A DNA stretch of 64,000 nt from Vulcanimicrobiota bacterium (GCA_963733295.1 CAVTCS010000003.1:1888001-1952000), one strand, 5' to 3'. Positions 45,628-54,331 are shown, numbered from the stretch's first letter. Numbers and translations: made by a program. The notes: a model not told the origin generated them from the letters alone.

Positions 45628-47520
45628 TCATTCTTCCAAGGTTGTCGTATCGCCGACTTCTAGTCCCGCTTCCTGCGCCTTGAGCAGGCGGCGCATGATC
45701 TTTCCGCTCCGCGTCTTGGGAAGCTTGGCGACGAACTCGACCTCGCCCGGCGTCCCGATCGGTCCCAAATGATAGCGGACGTGTTCGATCAGTTCGGCGC
45801 GGAGCGCTTCGCTCGGCGAGCTGCCGACCCGCAGAACGACGAACGCTTTGATGCTCTCGCCCTTGATCGGGTCGGGTTTGCCGATGACGCCCGCCTCGCC
45901 GCAGGCTTGGTGCGAGACGAGCGCGCTCTCGACGTCGGCCGTGGCGATGCGATGCCCCGCCACATTGAGGACGTCGTCGGCGCGACCGAGCACCGTCACG
46001 AATCCCTCCGCATCGATCGTAGCGACGTCGCCGGCGGTGTAGCAACCGGGAATCTCCTCGAAGTAGCGGGCGTACCGTTCCGCATCGCCCCAAACTCCGG
46101 AGAACATGTGCGGCCAAGGATTGCGGATCACGAGCAGGCCGCCCGCACCAGGCGGTACCGGCGTGCCGTCCTTCGCGACCACGTCGAAGTCGATCGGCCC
46201 GAAGGCTTTGCCGCTACGATCCGGACGGACGGCGGTGGTCGGCAAGAAGCCGAGCATCATAGCACCCGTTTCGGTTTGCCACCATTGATTGCAGACTGCG
46301 GTACGCTTGCGTCCGACCGTCTCGAAAAGAAAGCGCCAGGCCTCGGGATTGAGCGGCTCGCCGGCGCAAAAGATCGCTTGCAGCGTCGACAGGTTGCGCT
46401 TCGCCGCAAGTTCTTCGCCGTGGCGCATCAACATGCGGGCCAGCGTCGGCGCAGTATACAACTTCGTTACCCGGTGTTCGGCGATGACGTCGTAAACCGC
46501 GGCGGGCGAGGGATGATCGGGTGCGCCCTCGCGAACGATCGAACGGTACCGATTGGCGAGCGCGCCGTAGACGATCAACGAGTGTCCGACGATCCAGCCG
46601 ATGTCGCTCGTACACCAATAGACGTCGTCCGGTCCAATGTCGGTCGTGTACTGCAGCATGGCCGAGGTTCCGGCGAGATAGCCGCCGTGGGTCATGACGA
46701 CGCCTTTCGGCTTGCCCGTCGTCCCACTCGTATAGAGGATGAAGAGCGGATGATTTGCTTCGACGATCGCGGGTTCGCGCGCGTCGGACTGGCCGGAAGA
46801 GTAGTCGACCCAGTCGCGCTCGATCGCGGCGAGCGGCAACGGCGACGCCTTGCGCTGCAGCACGACGACTCGCCGCACGAGCGGCGCGTTGCCGACCGCG
46901 TCGTTGAGAATCACCTTGAGGTCGATCTCCTTACCGCGCCGGTAGGTGCAGTCGGCCGCGAGGACGATCTCGGCCCCGGCGTCTTCGATCCGGTCGCGCA
47001 ACGCCGTCGCGCCCAACCCTGCGTAGATGACGCTGTGAATCGCGCCGATCCGCGCGCAGGCGAGCATCGCGACAATGCCTTCGAGCGAAAGCGGCATATA
47101 GATGCAGACGCGGTCGCCACTCTTGACGCCGTCGGCCGCGAGCGCGTTCGCCAAGCGGTTCGTCGCCGCGAGCAGCTCGGCGTAACTCATGCGCCGCTCG
47201 CGGCCGTCTTCGTGCAGATAGATGTAGGCGGTCGCGTCCGGATGAGTCGCCACGTGGCGATCGAGACACGATACGGTCGCGTTGAGCCGGCCACCGGTGT
47301 ACCAGAGCGCGTTGCCGAGGCCGCCTTCGAGCGTCTTGTGGGGTGGCGTCTGCCAGACCAGACGTTCGCCGCAAGTCTTCCAAAAGCCGAGCGGATCGCG
47401 CGCGAGACGCGCGTTCCACGCATCTTGATCGGGAATCGACGCCCAACCGCGGACGGCGTCGGGGGCGGGAACGCTTTCGTGGGTATCCAGCAAGTTCTCG
47501 ATCAAGACTTCTTCAGGCAT
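45628..47520 (-). CDS. acs: Acetyl-CoA synthetase / short-chain acyl-CoA ligase
   Basis: ILYTSGTTGKPKG, WWQTETG, GRADDVLNVAGHR, LPKTRSGKIMRRLL. Confidence 0.88.
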   Translation of the reverse strand: MPEEVLIENLLDTHESVPAPDAVRGWASIPDQDAWNARLARDPLGFWKTCGERLVWQTPPHKTLEGGLGNALWYTGGRLNATVSCLDRHVATHPDATAYIYLHEDGRERRMSYAELLAATNRLANALAADGVKSGDRVCIYMPLSLEGIVAMLACARIGAIHSVIYAGLGATALRDRIEDAGAEIVLAADCTYRRGKEIDLKVILNDAVGNAPLVRRVVVLQRKASPLPLAAIERDWVDYSSGQSDAREPAIVEANHPLFILYTSGTTGKPKGVVMTHGGYLAGTSAMLQYTTDIGPDDVYWCTSDIGWIVGHSLIVYGALANRYRSIVREGAPDHPSPAAVYDVIAEHRVTKLYTAPTLARMLMRHGEELAAKRNLSTLQAIFCAGEPLNPEAWRFLFETVGRKRTAVCNQWWQTETGAMMLGFLPTTAVRPDRSGKAFGPIDFDVVAKDGTPVPPGAGGLLVIRNPWPHMFSGVWGDAERYARYFEEIPGCYTAGDVATIDAEGFVTVLGRADDVLNVAGHRIATADVESALVSHQACGEAGVIGKPDPIKGESIKAFVVLRVGSSPSEALRAELIEHVRYHLGPIGTPGEVEFVAKLPKTRSGKIMRRLLKAQEAGLEVGDTTTLEE

Positions 47521-47528
47521 GGCTGCTC

Positions 47529-48272
47529 CTACGCTTTGGCGATCGTATGACGCTGAATCACGGCCGAACCGGAAGCGCTGCGCGTCAGGAAATATTGCGC
47601 AAAATAAGTCGTCCCGCCGGTCTCCAGTTCGACGTCGACGGTTGCTGCGTCGTCGGTTCCCGATGACGATACGCGTGCGATTCGCGTCGTGCGGTCGACG
47701 AACCGTTTCTCGACGAAGGTAACGCCGCTCGCGCCATCTGCCACACCGAAGGCGGCGTACGCCGCGGCATCGTCGCCGCGCTCGAGCGCCGCGATGTACT
47801 GACGAACGACGACCGCGGCCAATCGCGCAAAGTCGGTGTCGGCGTCAACGCTCGCGACGGGAGAAACCGCCGGCGAACTCGACGCCGCGCCGCCCGAAGG
47901 CGTGCCGCTAGATTCTGCCGAGGCGCCGGAAAGCGGCGACGCGCTCGGCAGCGGCGGCGATGCGCTCGGCGAGACCGATGGCGATGGTGACGGTGAGGGT
48001 GAGGCACTCGGCACCGGCGTGGGGCTCGGTGACTTGGTCGGCACCGGCGAAGCTTTCGCCGAGCCCGGCGGAACGGGCGACGGCGTAATCGCCGGCGGCA
48101 ACGACGGCGTCGCGAGCGGCAGCGGCGGCCCTGCATGAGCGCGCTGATAATACGCAAACGAGGCGCCAATCACAAAACCGGCGAGCGAAACCGCCGCGAG
48201 AATAGGGATGAGCGGGTACTTCGGCTTCGACGCGCGCGAGCGTTGCCTGGAGCGTCGCGGGCTGTCACTCAT
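47529..48272 (-). CDS. Membrane-anchored protein with Pro/Ser linker and NTF2-like C-terminal domain
   Basis: Basic N-terminus, one TM helix, SPSP repeats, VRQYIAALERGD..AAY. Confidence 0.65.
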   Translation of the reverse strand: MSDSPRRSRQRSRASKPKYPLIPILAAVSLAGFVIGASFAYYQRAHAGPPLPLATPSLPPAITPSPVPPGSAKASPVPTKSPSPTPVPSASPSPSPSPSVSPSASPPLPSASPLSGASAESSGTPSGGAASSSPAVSPVASVDADTDFARLAAVVVRQYIAALERGDDAAAYAAFGVADGASGVTFVEKRFVDRTTRIARVSSSGTDDAATVDVELETGGTTYFAQYFLTRSASGSAVIQRHTIAKA

Positions 48273-48347
48273 GCGTGTCCGAAAGTTCGTCGCCGCGAGC
48301 GCTCGGCCTCGCAAGAAGCCGGAGGCCAGGACGCGAAGCGAAGCTCG

Positions 48348-48665
48348 GTGATTCGCATCGCGATTCCGATCGACGTCGGAACGATCGCCTCGACCGGGTG
48401 CCAAGCCTTCGCGCAGGCCACCCCGTTGCGTCTCGCTGAAATCTTGCGCATGGCCGTCTGCCAATCCCTAGGGCCGCGTACGCCGGACGATAAGCTCGAG
48501 CGGAGCGTGCACGCGACGCTTGCCGGTTTCGATGCCCGGAAGTTCGTGGTCGACGTGGACGGCACGCTGTACGACGACGCCGAGGCGGTCGTGCTCTGCG
48601 CCGGAGTCGCAACCCTGCGCTTCTTCTCGACCGAGCCACGCCGTCGCCGCCTGACCGCGGGATAG
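48348..48665 (+). CDS. Hypothetical protein, possible beta-grasp fold
   Basis: GTG start; fills the gap between flanking genes; see findings. Confidence 0.55.
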   Translation: MIRIAIPIDVGTIASTGCQAFAQATPLRLAEILRMAVCQSLGPRTPDDKLERSVHATLAGFDARKFVVDVDGTLYDDAEAVVLCAGVATLRFFSTEPRRRRLTAG

Positions 48666-48706
48666 CGAAGACCGGCGTTAGGCGCGCCTAGCGCGCGTCA
48701 GGTGCG

Positions 48707-49969
48707 CTAGTGCGAAAGCGCTGCGGCGACGCCGCCCCGGTGCGTGAGCACCAGCTTCGCGTAGAGAGCGTTAGGCCACGCGAAATCGTCGCGCGTGTAC
48801 GACTCGGGCCAGTCGGCGTTGAACGACTCGTGCAAGCGGTGGTCGCCGACATCAGAAGCGGCGATGTAGCCTAAGACGCGCTCGACTTCGGCGGGGTCGT
48901 TCGAGGTAAGGGCCTGCATGACGAGCGATAGCGGCCAAACGTTGCCGTGCGGCGTGTGGGGGCTACCGATGCCGCGCGCGTACTTCCCAACGAAAAAGTA
49001 CGGGTTCCGGTCGGAGAGCACGAAGCGCCGGGTGTTAAGGTAGACCGTGTCGTCGTTGGGCAGATAACCAAAATACGGAATCGAGAGGAGCGACGGCGCG
49101 TTGGCGTCGTCCATGAGGTTGAAGTGGCCGAGTCCGTCGACCTCGTAGGCGTACATCCGGCCCACGCCTTTTTGAGTGACGACGCCGTACTGCTCCACGC
49201 CCCGCTGAATGTCGACCGAGAGGCCCCACGCCGCCGCGGCGTCGCGCGTATTGTGGTAAACGGTCTCTTCGATGCCGGCCAGATCGCGCAAGGTCACGGC
49301 CGCAAACATGTTATCCGGAATATTGTACTGGTAGCGCGCCGGATCGTCGGAGGGGCGAAACCCGGTCCAGATCATTCCGGTATAACCGACGGCGCTGCCG
49401 CGACCGCCGTTCGCCAGGTCGGGGTGGGTATAATGAGAGCGCCGGTCGTGATGTTGCTCGTCGCGGAGAACGGCCAAGACGCGCTCGAACGCGAGGTTCA
49501 CCTCCGCAGTGAAGATCGAACGATCGCCGGTTCCATGCCAATAGCGCGCTGCGAACCAAACGGGGTACAATATCGAATCGACCTCGAACTTTCGCTCGAC
49601 CACGCGGTAATTGGCCGAAAACGCGTTCGCGTACGGATCGATCAGAATGTACCGGGCTTCGCGAGCGACGACGCCGCGCAGCTCTTGCTCGACCCGTGGG
49701 TCGCTGGTGGCCAAGCCGATGTACGGCTCCATGACCGCGCTCGCGTCGCGCAGCCATTCGGCGGAGATGTCGCCGGTCTTCACGTAGGTCGTGCCGTCGC
49801 GTTCGTGGATCGCGTGGCGGTTGATGGCCTCGTCGAAAGCCGTGAGGTAGAGCGTTTCGAGCTTGGAAGCCAGCGGGGTCTCGGCAGCAGCCGCCGGCGC
49901 CCGCGGGATGCCGCTCAGCGAGACAGCCAGTGCGGCGACAGCCAGAAGAAGTGCGCGCAGCAAAGGCAT
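48707..49969 (-). CDS. Glycoside hydrolase family 125
   Basis: TGDI.A.WLRD, DPYANAF, ERKFEVDS, FRPSDD, MDDANAPSLL, GSPHT, F.WPN. Confidence 0.92.
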   Translation of the reverse strand: MPLLRALLLAVAALAVSLSGIPRAPAAAAETPLASKLETLYLTAFDEAINRHAIHERDGTTYVKTGDISAEWLRDASAVMEPYIGLATSDPRVEQELRGVVAREARYILIDPYANAFSANYRVVERKFEVDSILYPVWFAARYWHGTGDRSIFTAEVNLAFERVLAVLRDEQHHDRRSHYTHPDLANGGRGSAVGYTGMIWTGFRPSDDPARYQYNIPDNMFAAVTLRDLAGIEETVYHNTRDAAAAWGLSVDIQRGVEQYGVVTQKGVGRMYAYEVDGLGHFNLMDDANAPSLLSIPYFGYLPNDDTVYLNTRRFVLSDRNPYFFVGKYARGIGSPHTPHGNVWPLSLVMQALTSNDPAEVERVLGYIAASDVGDHRLHESFNADWPESYTRDDFAWPNALYAKLVLTHRGGVAAALSH

Positions 49970-50062
49970 TGGGAATTTCTAAGTCGTCGGCGTTCCGCTC
50001 AATCCCTGCGGCCGGCGCAAATAGTGAAACCCCGCTCGGTTCCAACACGTCCATACTCTAAG

Positions 50063-50836
50063 ATGCGCGCAACGTTCGTGATTCTGGTCGCATTGGCGGT
50101 CGTTTGCGAACAGGCGCGAGTGGCACTCGCCGACCAGCGTTATACGGTCAGCGGGGCGGACTCGTACGTCATCGGAGCCGGCGACATCCACAGCGACACC
50201 ACGTACCAGGGTGTCGAGACCCTGACCACCTCGCGCCACGGACGCACCACGCGCTACGACGCGAAGTGCCACTACGTCCGCAGCGAACAAGGTGAGGATA
50301 CGGACGCGGTGAGCGACTACGTCTCGGATCAGCTTCCCGACGGCCAGGTGGTCGACTCAGCCGATCACGACCCGGACTACCTGACGGTCCTCAATCAGCC
50401 GTTCTCGGTACAACTCGACCGCGGCACGCTCTCGGATCTGCGGAGCCTGCGCGGGACGCTGCCCTTTAACTTCCCGTCCCCGATCACTGGCGCCTCACTT
50501 CAGGGCCGCATGGAACGCATCCGGGCCGGCACGATTGGGGCGCACCAGGCCCTGGGCGTCCGCTTCGAAGCCGGCGGTCCCATGCGCGGCTCCCTGGCCG
50601 ACCGTCCCGGCCTCGTCCTGATCGGGACGATCACGCTGCGCGGCACGGCCTACTACGACCTCGACAGCGCCCTCCTCTTAGCCCTCGACGCAACGGTCAC
50701 GATCAGCGGTAAGCTCTCCAATAAAAACAGTACCGATCCCGTGACCATCGTTTATCATCGCGCGATCCGCGCCGTGGAAGCCGCCCAAGCCAACACGGCC
50801 AAAACGAGCTCCCCGTCCACACCCGTCCCGCGCTGA
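50063..50836 (+). CDS. Hypothetical secreted beta-rich protein
   Basis: C-terminal part of track ORF 48947..50836; signal peptide (…VALA|D); GC3-biased codons. Confidence 0.7.
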   Translation: MRATFVILVALAVVCEQARVALADQRYTVSGADSYVIGAGDIHSDTTYQGVETLTTSRHGRTTRYDAKCHYVRSEQGEDTDAVSDYVSDQLPDGQVVDSADHDPDYLTVLNQPFSVQLDRGTLSDLRSLRGTLPFNFPSPITGASLQGRMERIRAGTIGAHQALGVRFEAGGPMRGSLADRPGLVLIGTITLRGTAYYDLDSALLLALDATVTISGKLSNKNSTDPVTIVYHRAIRAVEAAQANTAKTSSPSTPVPR

Positions 50837-50911
50837 GGGAAACCCGGGATTCGAAAGAGGCCTCGAAGAAGCCGCGAAACTCTTAAGCTTCGGGGTGCGG
50901 TCTAGGCGCTC

Positions 50912-51598
50912 GTGAGTGCTCTTGCCCCGCTCCTGTATCAGGAGTTTCGCGTGGTTCCACCGGCGAGGACCGTGGAGCGCAGGCCGGCGCCGCCGGCCTC
51001 GTCGCCGCCGCGATCCGCGGGCTCGATTCCGTCGACCGAGGGCTTCGAGAAGATCGTCGACGAGTTTCAGAGGAGGCTCTACGGCTTCGCCCTGCGGATG
51101 ACCGGCAATCGCGAGGATGCCGAGGAGATCGTCCAGGACGCGTTCGTGCGCGCTTTCCGCGCCCTCGGAAAAATGACGCCGGAGCAGCGCGCCGAGCTGC
51201 GGCTGCAACCTTGGCTCTACACGATCACGTTAAACGTAACGAGAAACCGATTGCGCTCGAAGCGCCCGACGAACGTCGCGCTGGACGCGCTGGCCGATCC
51301 CGATGCGTTGCTCAACCACACGCAGGAAGGGCCGGAGCAGCCGGAAGCGATCGTCCAGCGTGGTGCCGACATGGTCCTGGTGGAACAGGCGCTGCTCCAA
51401 TTGCCGATGCACTTGCGAGCCGCTGCGACGCTCCGGTTTATCGAAGGGCACAGTCATCCCGAGATTGCGGAAATCTTGAACCAGCCGATCGGAACGGTGA
51501 AGTCGCACGTCCATCGAGCCGTGCGCATACTGCGGCGAATCCTCGGCCCGCAAGTCGGGCGCCTCGTGCCGAACGGAGATGCAAATGCGGTGCAGTGA
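50912..51598 (+). CDS. ECF sigma-70 factor
   Basis: Region 2 DAEEIVQDAF..., WLYTITLN; region 4 EIAEILNQPIGTVKSHVHRA. Confidence 0.92.
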   Translation: MSALAPLLYQEFRVVPPARTVERRPAPPASSPPRSAGSIPSTEGFEKIVDEFQRRLYGFALRMTGNREDAEEIVQDAFVRAFRALGKMTPEQRAELRLQPWLYTITLNVTRNRLRSKRPTNVALDALADPDALLNHTQEGPEQPEAIVQRGADMVLVEQALLQLPMHLRAAATLRFIEGHSHPEIAEILNQPIGTVKSHVHRAVRILRRILGPQVGRLVPNGDANAVQ

Positions 51599-52322
51599 CG
51601 TCGAACTGCTCTGGGATGAGATGCGGGACGGAGGCGAACCGCAAAGCGAGCACGCTGTCGTGCACCTTCGATCGTGTCGCCACTGCCAAGACCTTTACCG
51701 CCAGTTCGAGGGCGTCGCCTACTGCCTCTCATGTTTGCCGATCGTCGAACCGCCCCCGAGCCTCGTGCCGCGTATCCTGGATCACATAAAGACGGTCCGC
51801 AAGCAGTACCGTCATTCCAAAGCCGACGCGTTCGCGCGGATCGGCTCGCCGCTCGCAGATTTGTTCATCGCCTGGCGCGACTCGGCGATCACCTTCGTCG
51901 GAATAGACCGCGGCGGGGACGTCGAGGAGGTTCGCGCCCAGATCGAACGGCGCTTGAGCCGGCCGGTACGCTCGGCCGAACCTCCCGGCTGGGTGCGCGA
52001 AGCCGTCCAAAACTATTTCCGCACCTGGCGCGTGGACTTCGACCGCATCGACGTCTCGGAGTTGACCGCATTCGAGCGCGCCGCACTGCGCAAGGCAGCC
52101 GAGATTCCGCCCGGCGAGGTCCGTTCGTACGGCTGGATCGCACGCGAGATCGGCCATCCGCAAGCCGCCCGCGCGGTCGGCCAGGCGATGGCGCGCAACC
52201 CGGTCGCCCTGTTCTTCCCGTGCCACCGGGTTGTCGACTCCACCGGCGCGCTTCACCGGTACGGCTACGGCGTCGAGCTCAAGGCTAGGATCCTGAGCAT
52301 GGAAGGCTATCGCAAGCCGTAA
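51579..52322 (+). CDS. Zinc-finger anti-sigma (zf-HC2) / methylated-DNA-protein-cysteine methyltransferase fusion
   Basis: N-terminal C-x23-HLRSCRHC and PPPSL..RI; C-terminal IPPGEVRSYG, AARAVG.AMARNP, PCHRV, K..IL..EG. Confidence 0.88.
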   Translation: MQMRCSDVELLWDEMRDGGEPQSEHAVVHLRSCRHCQDLYRQFEGVAYCLSCLPIVEPPPSLVPRILDHIKTVRKQYRHSKADAFARIGSPLADLFIAWRDSAITFVGIDRGGDVEEVRAQIERRLSRPVRSAEPPGWVREAVQNYFRTWRVDFDRIDVSELTAFERAALRKAAEIPPGEVRSYGWIAREIGHPQAARAVGQAMARNPVALFFPCHRVVDSTGALHRYGYGVELKARILSMEGYRKP

Positions 52323-52358
52323 CGTGCTCTAGGAATGCAGGGTCCGCATACCCGCAGG

Positions 52359-52557
52359 CACAACTCCCAGCGCCATACGACGTCCGCAGCTCCTTCAGAA
52401 ATAAACGAAACGAAGGCATAACGGCGGACCAAAGGGAGGTGATCATCGTTAGTTCCGAAGGCAATCAACGAAACACCACGATGATTGGAGGTGCGCAGAC
52501 CTAGTCTGCGCTTCGTACTCACCCCAAGTCCGCCGGCCGTAGTGCCGGCTTTTTTTT
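52359..52557 (+). ncRNA. Candidate structured RNA with two SD-like motifs (or small-peptide mRNA)
   Basis: Three hairpins, repeated motifs, two GGAGGTG-N8-TAG units, own terminator; 5' end uncertain. Confidence 0.55.
52532..52557 (+). terminator. Rho-independent terminator
   Basis: GCCGGC-CGTAGT-GCCGGC followed by T8. Confidence 0.9.
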
Positions 52558-52606
52558 GTTCTCAGGATGGCGCGGAGCGAGTTTGCTCGAATCTGCGCGG
52601 GAAGCG

Positions 52607-54325
52607 ATGAACGACAACGAGCGCGACCCGCGGATCGACGCGATCCCGGACATCCACGGGCACGCCAAGGGCGAGCACAAACCGTATGCCGAGGAGCGGC
52701 CGATCCCGTATTCGGGTCGGATGCTCTTCTTATGGTTCTTCCACGCGTGCCGGCGCGGCTCGCCGCGCTTCATGATGGTCGCAGACCACATGAACTACCT
52801 GACCTTCGAGGATCCCGCAGCCGTGAATCTCGTCCGGCGCGCGCTCAAGCTCGCCGCCGCCGGCGACCTCTACGGAGCGGCCGAGACTGCCGGGGTCGAA
52901 CTCGGCCACGCCGCGGTCGTCTCCGACGGACTGCGCAAGGGGATGCACTATTCGATCGGCGCCGAGGTCGACAACGACCCGCGCAGCCGGCCGGACGCGC
53001 AGAACATCGTCGACGCGATGAAGCCCGACGGAATGATCCGCTCAGTGCATTTCCTGACGATCGATCACCCCGACCACGGTGCCGGCTGGCAGTGGCCGTT
53101 CGACAACCCGGAGTTCAAGGACGTCTTCGACATCGTCGGGACGGACAAGACCTGGGAACTCTACATGGCGACGCTGCTGGAGGCCATCGAAAAGCTGCCG
53201 GGTCAAATCGTGGGCCACTTCTACGTTCCGGCGAAGTTCGGCAATTGGCCGAACGATGAGACGTTGTCCCGCTACGAAGATCAGCTGATCGATGCGTGCC
53301 TCGCGCGCGGCGCCGCGATCGAGATCAACGCGCGCTTCTTCTACCGGATCTTCGAAGGCGACGAAGCCAATCTGAAAAAGTATCGCGACGCGACCCTGCG
53401 CCTGCTGAAAAAGGCGAAAGCCAAAGGCGTGCAAGTCGCGGTCGGGTCGGACGCGCACAGTCCGAAGGACCAAGGGCGCGGTTTCGACGAGGTGCTGCGC
53501 CTGCTTGACGCCGCGGGGATCAACGAGATCGCGTTTCCGATCAACGGGCGTCTCGCCCGCGTCGCACTCAAGGCGACCGAAGAGCTGCTCAAACTGCGTT
53601 CGGTGCCGCCGCCGCCGCCGGTCGGCAGCAGCGTAACCGGCTTCGGGCGCGCCGAATTGGCGGCCGCGTCGCGGAACGGCGGTGCGAGCCTGCAGGACGA
53701 AGTCGAAGAACACGTCGAGCGCGAGAAGCGCACCGCATCGGCGGTAAAGACCGCGGTGAAGTCGGCCGCCGCGAAGCGCGCCGCCGCCGGCCCGAAGGGC
53801 TCCGCCTCGCTCGCCAGCGACGGCGCGGCTGCGTCGAAGCGGGCCGCCGCTCTCAAGGGAGTGGCCGGGAAGGCCGCCTCCGCGGTAAAGACGGCGGCCA
53901 AAGCGGTGGTTCCGAAAGCCGCTGCTCAGTCGAAAACGACCGCACCAAAGGTCGCCGGCAAAGCCGCCCTGGCCAGGGGCGCGGCTCCGAAGGCGGGCAA
54001 AGCAAAGGTGTCCGCGCTCAAACCTGCGGCGAAACCCGCCGCCGCGAAAGGCCGCGGGAAACCCGCAGCCAAGGCGCCGGTCAAGAAAGCCGCGCAGGTG
54101 AAAAAGGCCGCGGCCGCCGCGCGCAAAGCCAAAAAGACCGTTACCAAGAAAGTGCCCGCCAAAGCGGCGGTAAAGAAAAAGATCCCGCTCAAAGCCAAGG
54201 CCTCCGTCAAGAAAAGCGCTCCGCTCCGGCGTCCCGCCGGGAAGAAGTCAAGCGCTAAACGCGCGCCGGCCATCCATAAGAGCGCAGCCAAGAAAGGCCC
54301 CGCAAAAAAAGCTAAACGGAGGTAA
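52607..54325 (+). CDS. PHP-domain (HisJ-like) phosphoesterase with Lys/Ala/Pro-rich histone-H1-like tail
   Basis: DIHGH, ADH, GAEVD, RSVH, GH, EIN, GSDAH metal ligands; about 200 aa of KAAA/KPAAK/VKK repeats. Confidence 0.8.
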   Translation: MNDNERDPRIDAIPDIHGHAKGEHKPYAEERPIPYSGRMLFLWFFHACRRGSPRFMMVADHMNYLTFEDPAAVNLVRRALKLAAAGDLYGAAETAGVELGHAAVVSDGLRKGMHYSIGAEVDNDPRSRPDAQNIVDAMKPDGMIRSVHFLTIDHPDHGAGWQWPFDNPEFKDVFDIVGTDKTWELYMATLLEAIEKLPGQIVGHFYVPAKFGNWPNDETLSRYEDQLIDACLARGAAIEINARFFYRIFEGDEANLKKYRDATLRLLKKAKAKGVQVAVGSDAHSPKDQGRGFDEVLRLLDAAGINEIAFPINGRLARVALKATEELLKLRSVPPPPPVGSSVTGFGRAELAAASRNGGASLQDEVEEHVEREKRTASAVKTAVKSAAAKRAAAGPKGSASLASDGAAASKRAAALKGVAGKAASAVKTAAKAVVPKAAAQSKTTAPKVAGKAALARGAAPKAGKAKVSALKPAAKPAAAKGRGKPAAKAPVKKAAQVKKAAAAARKAKKTVTKKVPAKAAVKKKIPLKAKASVKKSAPLRRPAGKKSSAKRAPAIHKSAAKKGPAKKAKRR

Positions 54326-54331
54326 GGCGCC

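Noticed and set aside
47880..48130. DNA repeat element in the Pro/Ser-rich region (also the Lys/Ala region 53725-54325)
   Set aside because: Explained by low-complexity protein coding with synonymous variation
48947..50062. 629-aa ORF as a single protein
   Set aside because: The first part is antisense to GH125; a signal peptide begins at 50063
52431..52444. 16S rRNA gene fragment on the minus strand
   Set aside because: Similarity is limited to about 13 nt and the flanks do not resemble 16S
52359..52557. 6S RNA, tmRNA, SRP RNA or tRNA identity for the structured element
   Set aside because: Serial hairpins rather than one closed rod; no tRNA-like ends, SRP loop motif or CCA seen. An Rfam scan is still needed
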